DNA of 64,000 nucleotides from Centroscyllium fabricii (Eukaryota): NCBI GenBank assembly GCA_051313645.2, contig JBNRSN020000029.1, positions 11,160,001 to 11,224,000 of the forward strand, read 5' to 3'. Shown piece by piece: positions 11,448 to 21,000 of this stretch (position 1 is its first letter; each line of letters starts with the position of its first letter). The notes under the pieces were generated by a model. It saw only the letters and a program-made list of their open reading frames with translations, ran no database searches and was not told where the DNA came from. The position numbers and the translations under genes were made by a program.

Positions 11448-12060
11448 CTGAGCCCAGTCGGAGCCCAGCCCTGCCCAGCGGAGCCCAGCCCGGCTCAGGC
11501 AGCCCGCTCGGAGCTCAGCCTGGCCAAGGGAGCGTACTCGGAGCCCAGACCCGCCCAGCAGGACCTATTCAGAGCCCAGCCTGGCCAAGGGAGCGTACTC
11601 GGAGCCCAGACCCGCCCAGCAGAGCCCACTCACAGCCCAGCCTGGCCAAGGGAGCATACTCGGAACCCAGCCCGGCCCAGAGGAGCCCATTCGGAGCCCG
11701 GACTGGCCAAGGGAGCCCTCTCGAAGCCAAGCCTGGCCCAGCTGAGCCCACTTGGAGCCCAGACCCGCCCAGCGGCGCCCACTCGGAGACCAGCCCTGCC
11801 CAGCAGAGCCCACTCGGAGACCAGCCCTACCCAGCGGAGCCCACTTGGAGCCCAGCCCGGCCAAGGGAGCGTACTCGGAGCCCAGCCCAGCCCAGAGGAG
11901 CCCACTCAGAGCCCAGCCCGGCCCAGCTGAGCCCACTTGGAGCCCAGCCCTGCCCAGCAGAGCCCACTCAGAGACCAGCCCTTCCCAGCGGAGCCCAGCC
12001 AAGGGAGCCCACTTGGAGCCCAGCCCGGCCCAGCTGAGCCCACTCAGAGCCCAACCCACT
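11448..12060. repeat. GC-rich minisatellite with about 30-bp alternating units
   Basis: Units such as GGAGCCCAGCCCGGCCCAGCAGAGCCCACTC and GGAGCCCAGCCCTGGCCAAGGGAGCGTACTC, about 20 copies. Confidence 0.9.
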
Positions 12061-12244
12061 GACCACTGTGTGTGGTGGGAAAGTGCTGGAGGGATACAGA
12101 ACGGGTGGCCGATGGCCACGTTGGACAGGTGGCCATTCTGTACAGAGCTTACTACATTGTTTTTCTCTCGGGGGGAATCCGATGTGGCCGCTATGAACTG
12201 GTGTCCGTACTGTGGGGGTGGCCGCTAACGCAGGTTTGACTGTA

Positions 12245-12485
12245 ACTCCGCTTTATCAATTTTTATCCCATCCAGTATCTCCACTACATCCTCTTTCACT
12301 ATATCTATGGCAGCATCCTCTTCCTTGGTAAAGACAGATGCAAAGTACTCATTTTGTACCTGTGCCTCCATGCGTAGGTCTCCTTTTTGGTCCCTAATCG
12401 GTCTCACCCCTCCTCTTACTACACATATACTATGTATATGTCTATAGAAGACTTTTGGATTCCCTTTTTTGTTGGCTGCCATTCT
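12245..12485 (-). mobile_element. CR1 LINE ORF2 fragment
   Basis: Translates KGNPKVFYRHI…NEYFASVFTKE, typical of the CR1 region between endonuclease and RT. Confidence 0.85.
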
Positions 12486-13165
12486 ATGCAGGCAGTTGAG
12501 AAGGCAAATGGGATTTTGGCCTTAGTAGTGAGAGGATTCAAGTACAGGATAGAAGGATGTCCTGCTGCAGTTGTACAGAGCCTTGGTGAGACCACACCTT
12601 GAGTATGGTGTGCAGTTTTGGTCGCCTTATCTAAGGAAGGATGTTCTTGCCATGGAGAGAGTGCAACGAAGATTCACCAGACTGATACGTGGAATGGCAG
12701 GAATGACGTATGAGGAGAGATTGGGTCGATTGGGCTTCTACTCGCTGGAGTTTAGAAGAATGAAAGAGGATCTCATTGAAACTTCTAAAATTATAACAGG
12801 ACTGGACAGACTAGATGCAGGAAGGATGTTCCCGATGGCCGGGGAGTCCAGAACCAGGGGGCACAGTCTAACGATAAGGGGTAAGCCATTTAGAACTGAG
12901 ATGAGGAGGAATTTCTTCACCCAGAGAGTGGTGAACCTGTGGAATTCTCTACCACAGAGGGCGGTGGAGGCCAATTCATTAAATATATTCAAGAAGGAGT
13001 TAGATATATTTCTTAAGGCTAAAGGGATCAAAGTATATGGAGAGAAGGCCGGAACAGGGTACTGAATTTGGATGATCAGCCATGACCTCATTGAATGGCG
13101 GAGCAGGCTCGAGGGGCCGAATGGCCTACTCCTGCTCCTATCTTCTATGTTTCTATGTTTCTATA
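12486..13165 (+). mobile_element. CR1 LINE 3' end nested in an antisense CR1
   Basis: LYRALVRPHLEYGVQFWSPY…RRNFFTQRVVNLWNSLP, then the 3' UTR GGCCGAATGGCCTACTCCTGCTCCTAT and a (TTCTATGT)n tail. Confidence 0.95.
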
Positions 13166-14125
13166 TTCTCATACCCTCTCTTTGCCCCTCTTGATTCCTG
13201 TTACACTTCCTCTCTGAGCTTTCTATATTTAGCCTGATTCTCAGATGTATTTGCAATGTGACATCTGTCATACGTGCTCTTTTTCTGTTTCATCTTACCC
13301 TCTATCTCTTCCGTCATCCAGGGAGCCCTGACTTTGCTTGCCCTATTTTCCTACAAGTGGGAATGTACCTCGACTGTACCCGAACCAACTCCTCTTTAAA
13401 AGCAGCCCATTGTTCCATTACAGTTTTTGATCCCTTCTTAACCCTCTGAAATTGGCCTTCCTCCAATTAAGTATTTTACTCTAGATTGCTCCCTGTCCTT
13501 TTCCACAGCTACTCTAAACCTTATGCTACTATGATCACTGTTCCCTAAATGTTCCCCGACTGACACTTGCTCCACATGACCCACCTCATTCCCCAGAACC
13601 AGATCCAGCAATGCCTCCTGTGACCGAAATAACGACCTCATGGACGAGTAGTTATAAGGGTGAAACAATAGGGCTTTTATTCACTAAATGGTGGACATGC
13701 ACCAGGTAGTCGACCGGCCCCAGGAATGGCTGGGGGATGGGAGACGGCCACTTATATACCTCCTCCTGGGAGGGAGGAGTCGCGGGCGGAGCCAGCCTGG
13801 GAATGTCCAGGTAATCGTACAACAGGTTGAACAGGTTATATACAAACATAGATATAAGCACGATTACAGAGATACATCAAAGGGTGAGTATATACAATGG
13901 AAACAGTGGTTTACCACACCTCCTTCCTCATTGGGCCAGAAATGTACTGATAAAGAAATTTCCCCTGAACACACTTCAGAAATTCGTCCCACTCTCTGCC
14001 CTTAACATTGTTACTATCCCTGTCTATATTAGGATAGTTGAAGTCCCCCATTGCTACTTCTCTATAGTTCTTGCACCTCTCTGTAATTTCTCTGCAAATG
14101 TGCTTCTCTATATCTTTCCCACTAG
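13166..14125 (-). mobile_element. CR1 LINE endonuclease-region fragment, split by a solo LTR
   Basis: ALLDLVLGNEVGHVEQVSVGEHLGNSDHSSIRF (APE SDH motif). Continues the 12245-12485 fragment. Confidence 0.85.
13619..13918 (-). mobile_element. Solo LTR with 5-bp target-site duplication
   Basis: TGTGACC…TTACCACA flanked by CCTCC at 13614-13618 and 13919-13923. The end and the GGCTTTTATT and GGAGGAG blocks resemble the Mag-like LTRs. Confidence 0.9.
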
Positions 14126-14396
14126 GGTGCAGAGGAGATTCACCAGGATGTTACCTGGGCTGGAGCATTTCAGCTATGAAGAGAGACTGGACAGGCTGGG
14201 TTTGTTTTCCTTGGAGCAGAGAAGGCTGAGGGGGGGGGGGCCTGATTGAGGTGTACAAAATTATGAGGGTCATAGATAGGGTAGATAGAAAGGAACTTTT
14301 TCCCTTAGTAGAGGGGTCAATAACCAGAGGGCATAGTTTCAAGTTAAGGGGCAGGAGGTTTAGAGAGGATTTGAGGAGGAACTTTTTCACCCAGAG
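14126..14396 (+). mobile_element. CR1 LINE ORF2 C-terminal fragment
   Basis: RVQRRFTRMLPGL…YEERLDRLGLFSLEQRRLRG and TRGHSFKL…RRNFFTQ. Confidence 0.9.
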
Positions 14397-15098
14397 TCAT
14401 CCAGACTCGAGTCGTCTTTGGCTTGTTCTCACTACACAGATGAGGCTGTACCGGTTGTGATTTCCAGCAAGAATCTTTTTTTTAAATTGTTCTGTGTTGG
14501 TTTTTCACACAGACCCCAGCATGTGCAACATTTGACCCTTTGTGACTCCACCTGATTGTTCTTCGGGTGGTGTCTTCCTGACTGACCTGTTTGGACACCA
14601 TTCACACCTTTGATTGCTATGAATATCTCTCTGCCGAGGTGTGATGGAGGGTAGTTGGAAAGATTATCTGTAATCATCCAGCATTGTTCTCCGACTATAT
14701 AATTATAAATATATAATTTAAAATTAATTTCTGGTGTGGCAGGTCCACATCCTACTGTAGATACCTGTATATAATACTCATGTATATAATTCTCTCCAAC
14801 AGACTCCTAACACCCTCGGGTAATTAAACCAGGGTGTTAGGCACAAATGTAACTGTTAATGTATCCTTTACAGGTACAGGGCTTTGGGCCGGCTTTTGAG
14901 TTCAGAGTTGTTTTGGAGTTTGGAAGTGAAAGACCTGCTGTGAATTGTTCCTTCGTGTGGGCTCCCTCATTTTGTCAGGAAAACTCGCTCTCCTACACTG
15001 GTCTCTTTTGCGTTTGATTCATGGAAGTCAGTATCCATCTTAACTCTACTTCTTCCAAAATTGTTTAACATAAAATGAAGAAATGTTTTCCCTGTTTG

Positions 15099-15367
15099 TC
15101 CAAAGATGTGCGGGTTAGGTTGATTTGGCCATGATAAATTGACCCTTAGTTGTTAGGGGGATTGACTATGTGGGGTTACGGGGATAGGGTGGGATATGTG
15201 TCGGTGTAGGCTCGATGGGGATCGAGGGATGTGGGGAGGGGGCAGGGGCGGGGTGCTGGGTTTGGATGATCAGCCATGATCTCATTGAATGGTGGAGCAG
15301 GCTCGAAGGGCCGAATGGCCTACTCCTGCTCCTATCTTCTATGTTTCTATGTTTCTATGTTTCTATA
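15099..15367 (+). mobile_element. 5'-truncated SINE with CR1-derived tail
   Basis: Closely matches 16754-16990 (TCCAAAGATGTGCGGGTTAGGTTGATT…) and ends in (TTCTATGT)n. Confidence 0.85.
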
Positions 15368-15389
15368 TATGCTGTCTTTATATGCATCT

Positions 15390-15524
15390 CTCTACTTCAC
15401 CTGATGAAGGAGCAACACTCCGAAAGCTTGTGATTTCAAATGAAACTGTTGGACTATAACCTGGTGTTGTGTGACTTCTTACATTTGTCCACCCCAGTCC
15501 AACACCGGCACCTCCACATCATGG
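15390..15524 (+). mobile_element. Penelope-like element terminal repeat fragment
   Basis: CACCTGATGAAGGAG…CTCCGAAAGCTTGTG…GTTGGACTATAACCTGGTGTTG…CCAGTCCAACACCGGC contains a hammerhead core typical of PLE termini. Confidence 0.7.
15397..15433 (+). ncRNA. Minimal type-I hammerhead ribozyme motif
   Basis: Stem I TCAC/GTGA, core CTGATGA, stem II GGAG-CAACA-CTCC, then GAAA with the palindromic AAGCTT stem-III region. Confidence 0.65.
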
Positions 15525-15534
15525 CTCTTTTCTA

Positions 15535-15905
15535 ATGTTACATCCTGGTGCCCATACCCCTGCCAAATTGGGTTAAACTGTCTCCAACAGCACTCGCAAA
15601 CTCCCTCCCCCCAGCGAGAATATTTATTTCGGCCCTGTTGAGGTGCAACCCGTCCGGCCTGTACAGGTCTCACCTCCCCCAGACCTGGTCCCAGTGCCCC
15701 AGGAATCTAAAGCCCTTCCATCCTGTACCATCTCTCCAGCCATGCACTCATCAGTTCTATCCTCCTAAACCTATTTCTGGAGATGACGACCTTTGAGCTC
15801 CCTGCTTTTTAAACTCTTTCCTAGCTCCCTAAAATGTGCCTGCAGGACCTCATCCCACTTTCTGCCTAGGTCATTGGTATCAATATGGACCATAATCTCT
15901 AGCTG
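15535..15905 (-). mobile_element. Probable CR1 LINE 5'/ORF1-region fragment
   Basis: Degenerate minus-strand reading GFRFLGHWDQVWGR-DLYRPDGLHLN resembles the SGNH-esterase ORF1 of CR1 elements. Confidence 0.65.
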
Positions 15906-15944
15906 TTCCTGTGGCCGCAGAAGCGCCTGCCTGTTCCACAAAAA

Positions 15945-16390
15945 ACCCTGGAAGTAATCACAGTCTTAGCAGAATGGATATCTAGCTGGCTTCAAGACAG
16001 AAAGCAGAAATGAATGGCAAATGGTGGCTATTCAGAGTGGCAGAAGTTGGGACGTGTGGTCCCACAAGGATCGCTGCTGGGACCACTGTTGTTCACAATT
16101 TATATCAACGATTTAGACTTTGGAATCATAAACACAATTTCTCATTTTTGCAGGCAACGCCAAATTGGGAAGGAGAGTCAACACTGAGGAGGACCACAAC
16201 AAATTACAAGAAAACATTAATAAACTTGAAGAAAGGGCACATCGTTGGGAGATTAGTTTCAACTTGGGTAGTAAGTGTGTGAGGCATTACCTTTTGATTA
16301 GAAAAATAAGGAGGTCACATGTTACTTGGAAAATAAGAATCCAAATGGGGTAGAGGGGCAAAGGATCACTAAAAGTTGTGACGCAGGTTT
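15945..16390 (+). mobile_element. Old CR1 RT fragment
   Basis: GTCCCACAAGGATCGCTGCTGGGACCACTGTTGTTCACAATTTATATCAACGATTTAGAC encodes VPQGSLLGPLLFTIYINDLD. Confidence 0.85.
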
Positions 16391-16393
16391 ATA

Positions 16394-16595
16394 CAGGTTG
16401 AGCACCGTTAATCCGGCACCCACAGGACCAGGCCGGTGCCGGACTACTGAAAATGCCGAACCACTGAAGCTCTGGGCAGCGCATGCGCAGACCAGTCAAA
16501 ATAGCCGCAGCGCGCACGTAGACCAGTCAAAATGTCTGCTGCGCACGTGTAGAGCAGTCAAAATGGCCGCTGCGCACATGTAGAACAGTGCAGAG
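16394..16595. mobile_element. Tigger/pogo-like DNA transposon end with three 31-bp repeats
   Basis: TA|CAGGTTGAGCACCGTTAATCCGG resembles Tigger-type TIRs; no matching right TIR was found. Three GACCAGTCAAAATGGCCGC-type units lie at 16490-16582. Confidence 0.5.
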
Positions 16596-16600
16596 AGTGA

Positions 16601-16990
16601 GGGGCGGCACGGTGGCATAGTGGTTAGCACTGTTGCCTTTCAGCGCTAGAGACCCGGGTTCAAATCCAGCCTCGGGTACTATCTGTGTGGAGTTTGCACA
16701 TTCTCCCCGTGTCTGCGTGGGTTTCCTCCGGGTGCTCCGGTTTCCTCCCACAGTCCAAAGATGTGCGGGTTAGGTTGATTAGCCAGGATAAATTGACCCT
16801 TAGTGTTAGGGGGATTGAATATGTGGGGTTACGGGGATAGGGTGGGATATGTGTCGGTGCAGGCTCGATAGGGATATGGGGAGAGGGTAGGGGCGGGGTG
16901 CTGGGTTTGGATGATCAGCCATGATCTCATTGAATGGCGGAGCAGGCTCGAAGGGCCGAATGGCCTACTCCTGCTCCTATCTTCTATGTT
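16601..16990 (+). mobile_element. Full-length tRNA-derived V-SINE (HE1-like) with CR1 tail
   Basis: A box TGGCATAGTGG, B box GGTTCAAATCC, V-domain TGTGGAGTTTGCACATTCTCCCCGTGTCTGCGTGGGTTTCCTCCGG and a CR1-like 3' tail. Confidence 0.92.
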
Positions 16991-17039
16991 AACTATATCT
17001 CACACACATACACATGGGCCATTTTTTTTTAATATCTCC

Positions 17040-17217
17040 AATTCACCTAAACTGCATGTCTTTGGGTGGTGGCAGGAAACCGGAGTACCCGGAGGAAACC
17101 CACACGAACACGGGGAGAACATGCAAACTCCACGCAGAGAGGTCCCGGGCCAAGCAGGATTCGAACCCAGGAGCTCCTTATTGCGAGGCAGGGGTGCTAA
17201 CCACTGCGCCACCGTGT
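17040..17217 (-). mobile_element. V-SINE 5' part
   Basis: Minus strand reads CACGGTGGCGCAGTGGTTAGCAC…GGGTTCGAATCC…GGAGTTTGCATGTTCTCCCCGTG. Confidence 0.88.
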
Positions 17218-17458
17218 CATAAAAGGAATAGAGAGTTAAGCTGATAGATTTAGATGAGGAATGATGGGACGAGGCTTGAGTGGAGCATGTATGTCAGCAT
17301 GGTCTCTTTCTGTGCCGTATGTCCGATGTAATTCGATGGAATATTCCCGCCCCTCCCCACTGCTCACTGTGACTGTAACAATTGGCAATTTCCTGTTGTT
17401 CTCCCTCTTTCCCGGCACAGACCTATAGATCAATTAACTCTTCTTTTCTGGGTTTCAG

Positions 17459-17580
17459 CGTCTAAGCGCAAATGCAAAAAACGTCATGGGACATGCCGAG
17501 CGGACGAGTGTCTCGCTGAGGAGCACGTGATCAAAGGCAAGTGCCCCGGGGGAGGCAAGTGTTGTGCGGAGAGCAGATGA
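17459..17580 (+). CDS. Beta-defensin-like peptide, terminal (mature-peptide) coding exon
   Basis: Acceptor CTCTTCTTTTCTGGGTTTCAG| in phase 1. Encodes (A)SKRKCKKRHGTCRADECLAEEHVIKGKCPGGGKCCAESR* with spacing C-x6-C-x4-C-x10-C-x5-CC and GxC motifs. TGA at 17578-17580; AATAAA at 17716-17721. No signal-peptide exon identified in the window. Confidence 0.85.
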
Positions 17581-17715
17581 GGAGAAAGGTCCAGCTGTGG
17601 GAGCCGTCCGAGGTCCAGACAGAAGCTAACTTTAATTCAGGCTCCGCTGGATTGTGCAGGCCTCGTGACCCCTGACCCTGTACCACTGCTGTCTGTATAG
17701 TGTGCTCCGCTCAGA

Positions 17716-17721
17716 AATAAA
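17716..17721 (+). terminator. Polyadenylation signal of the defensin-like gene
   Basis: AATAAA 135 nt after the stop codon, followed by a T/GT-rich tract (TATTGTTTCTCTTT) near 17755-17768. Confidence 0.7.
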
Positions 17722-18026
17722 ACTCGCTGCATTGATCACCGCCTCGTATTCATCTATTGTTTCTCTTTAGGATCGGAGTGTCACGATATTTACTGGGTGG
17801 TGCGGAAGGGTTGCAATTGGGAGCGGAGGTGATCGGTACGGAAAGCATGGAATTTGGGGGGGTGGGGGGCAAATGTACGGGGGAGTCAATTGGGAGGGAG
17901 GGACGGTGGAGATTGGAATGGTGGGGGAGGAAGGGAGGCTCCAACGCTCACGGCTCTCAGTCACACCTGAGATAGTTAAAGGAGTGATTGAGTACAGTGA
18001 TATGGAGCGACATCAGCAAAAAGAGA

Positions 18027-21000
18027 TACACTGAACACAGTCCCTACACTAAACACAACCCCTACACTGAACACAGTCCCTACACTAAACACAACCCCTA
18101 CACTGAACACAGTCCCTACACTGAACACAGTCCCTATGCTGAACACGGACCCTACACAGAACACAGACCCTAAACTGAACACGGACCCTACACTGAACAC
18201 AGACCCTACACGGAACATGGACCCTACACTGAACACGGACCCTACACTGAACACAGACCCTACACTGAATACAGACCCTACACTGAACACAGCACCTACA
18301 CTGAACAGAGAACCTACACTGAACACGGACCCTACACTGAACACAGACCCTACACTGAACACAGACCCTACACTGAAAACAGACCCTACACTGAACACAG
18401 CACCTACACTGACCACAGACCCTACGCTGAACACAGACACTACACTGAACACAGCCCCAAAACTGAACTCAGCCCCAACACTGAACACAGCCCGTACACT
18501 GAATACAGACCCTACACTGAACACAGCACCTACATTGAACACAGCCCCAACACTGAACACAGCACCTACACTGAACATAGACCCTACACTGAACACAACC
18601 CCAACACTGAACACGGACTCTAAACTGAACACAGACCCTACACAAAACACAACCCCTACACTGAACACAATCCCTACACTGAACACAGTCCCTACACTGA
18701 ACACAGTCCCTAAACTGAACACGGACCCTACAATGAACATGGACCCTACACTGAACACGGACCCTACACTGAACACGGACCCTACACTGAACACAGACCC
18801 TACACTGAACACAGACCCTACACTGAACACAGACCCTACACTGAACACAGCCACAACACTGAACACGGCACCTGCACTGAACACAGACCCTACACTGAAC
18901 ACAGACCCTACACTGAACACAGACCCTACACTGAACACAGACCCTACACTGAACACAGACCCTACACTGAACACAATCCCTAAACTGAAAACAGCCCCTA
19001 CACTGAACACAATCTCTACACTGAACACAGACCCTACACTGAACACAGACCCTACACTGAACACAGACCCTACACTGAACACGGACCATACACTGAACAC
19101 AGACCCTACACTCAGCACAATCCCTACACTGAACACAGCCCCTACACTGAAAACAATCCCTACACTGAACACAATCCTTACACTGAACACAGACCCTACA
19201 CTGAACACAGACCCTACACCGAACACAGACCCTACACTGAACACAGACCCTACACTGAACACAGACCCTACACAGAACACAGACCCTACACCAAACACAA
19301 CCCCTACACTGAACACAGACCCTACACTAAGCACAACACCTACACTGAACACAACCACTACACTGAACACAGCCCCTACACTGAACACGGACCCTACACT
19401 AAACACGGCCCCTACTCTGAACACAGACCCTACGCTAAACACAGTCCCTACTCTGAACACAGCCCCTACACTAAACAGAGACCCTACACTGAACACGGAC
19501 ACTACACTAAACACAGTCCCTACTCTGAACACAGACCCTACGCTAAACACAGCCCCGAAACTGAACACAGCCCGTACACTGAACACAGCCCCAACACTGA
19601 ACACAGCCCCTACACTGAACACAGCCCCTACACTGAACACAGCCCCTACACTGAACACAGCCCCTACACTGAACACAGCCCCTACACTGAACACAGCCCC
19701 TGCACTGAACACAGACCCTACACTGAACACAGCACCTACACTGAACACAGCCCCTAAACTGAACACAGCCCCGACGCTGAACACAGCAACTACACTGAAC
19801 ACAGCACCTACACTGAACACAGACCCTACACTGCACACAGCCCCCACACTGAACACAGCCCCTACACTGAACACAGCCCCTACACTGAACACAGCCCCCA
19901 CACTGAACATGGCCCCTACACTGAACACGGCCCCTGCACTGAACACGGCCCCCGCACTGAACACGGCCCCTGCACTGAACACAGACCCTACACTGAACAC
20001 AGCCCCCACACTGAACACAGGCCCTACACTGAACACAGACCTTACACTGAACACAGCCCCTACACTGAACACGGCCCCTACACTGAACACGGCCCCTGTA
20101 CTGAACACAGTCCCTACACTGAACACAGCCCCTACACTGAACACAGACCCTACACTGAACACAATCCCTGTACTGAACACAGTCCCTACACTGAACACAG
20201 CACCTACACTGAACACAGCCCCTACACTGAACATGGCCCAGACACTGAACACGGCCCCTACACTGAACATAGCCCCTACACTGAACACGGACCCTATACT
20301 AAACACGGCACCTACACTGAACACGGCCCCAACACTGAACTCAGCCCCTAAACTGAACACGGCCCTGACACTGAACACGGCCCCTAAACTGAACAAAGCC
20401 CCTACACGGAACACAGGCCCCTATACTGAACACAGACCCTACACTGAACACAGCCCCTACACTGAACACAGCCCCTACACTGAACACAGCCCCTACACTG
20501 AACACGGCCCCAACACTGAACACAGCCCCTGAACTGAACACAGTCCCTACACTGAACACAGCATCTATGCTGAACACAGGCCCTACACTGAACACGGCCC
20601 CTACACTGAACACAGCCCCTGTACCGAACACAGTCCCTACACTGAACACAGCCCCTACACTGAACACAGACCCTACACTGAACACAATCCCTGTACTGAA
20701 CACAGTCCCTACACTGAACACAGCACCTACACTGAACACAGTCCCTACACTGAACACGGCCCCTACACTGAACACGGCCCCTACACTGAACACAGCCCCT
20801 ACACTGAACACGGACCCTATACTAAACACAGCACTTACACTGAACACGGCCCCAACACTGAACTCGGCCCCTACACTGAACACGGCCCCGACACTGAACA
20901 CGGCCCCTACACTGAACACAGCCCCTACACGGAACACAGGCCCCTACACTGAACACAGACCCTACACTTAACACAGTCGCTAAACTGAACACAGCCCCTA

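Noticed and set aside
11565-12228. ORFs of 158-184 aa over the GC minisatellite
   Set aside because: Low-complexity translation of about 30-bp repeats.
16601-16680. tRNA gene
   Set aside because: The A and B boxes belong to a SINE head followed by a V-domain and LINE tail.
17225-17340. Possible defensin signal-peptide exon (several ATGs)
   Set aside because: It resembles a decayed CR1 3' tail (GGCTTGAGTGGAGCAT…TTTCTGTGCCGTAT) and has no hydrophobic leader. An in-frame TAA at 17329-17331 blocks read-through.
17790-17940. G-rich tract after the poly(A) site as a functional G-quadruplex or pause element
   Set aside because: G runs are present but irregular, and nothing beyond composition supports a function.
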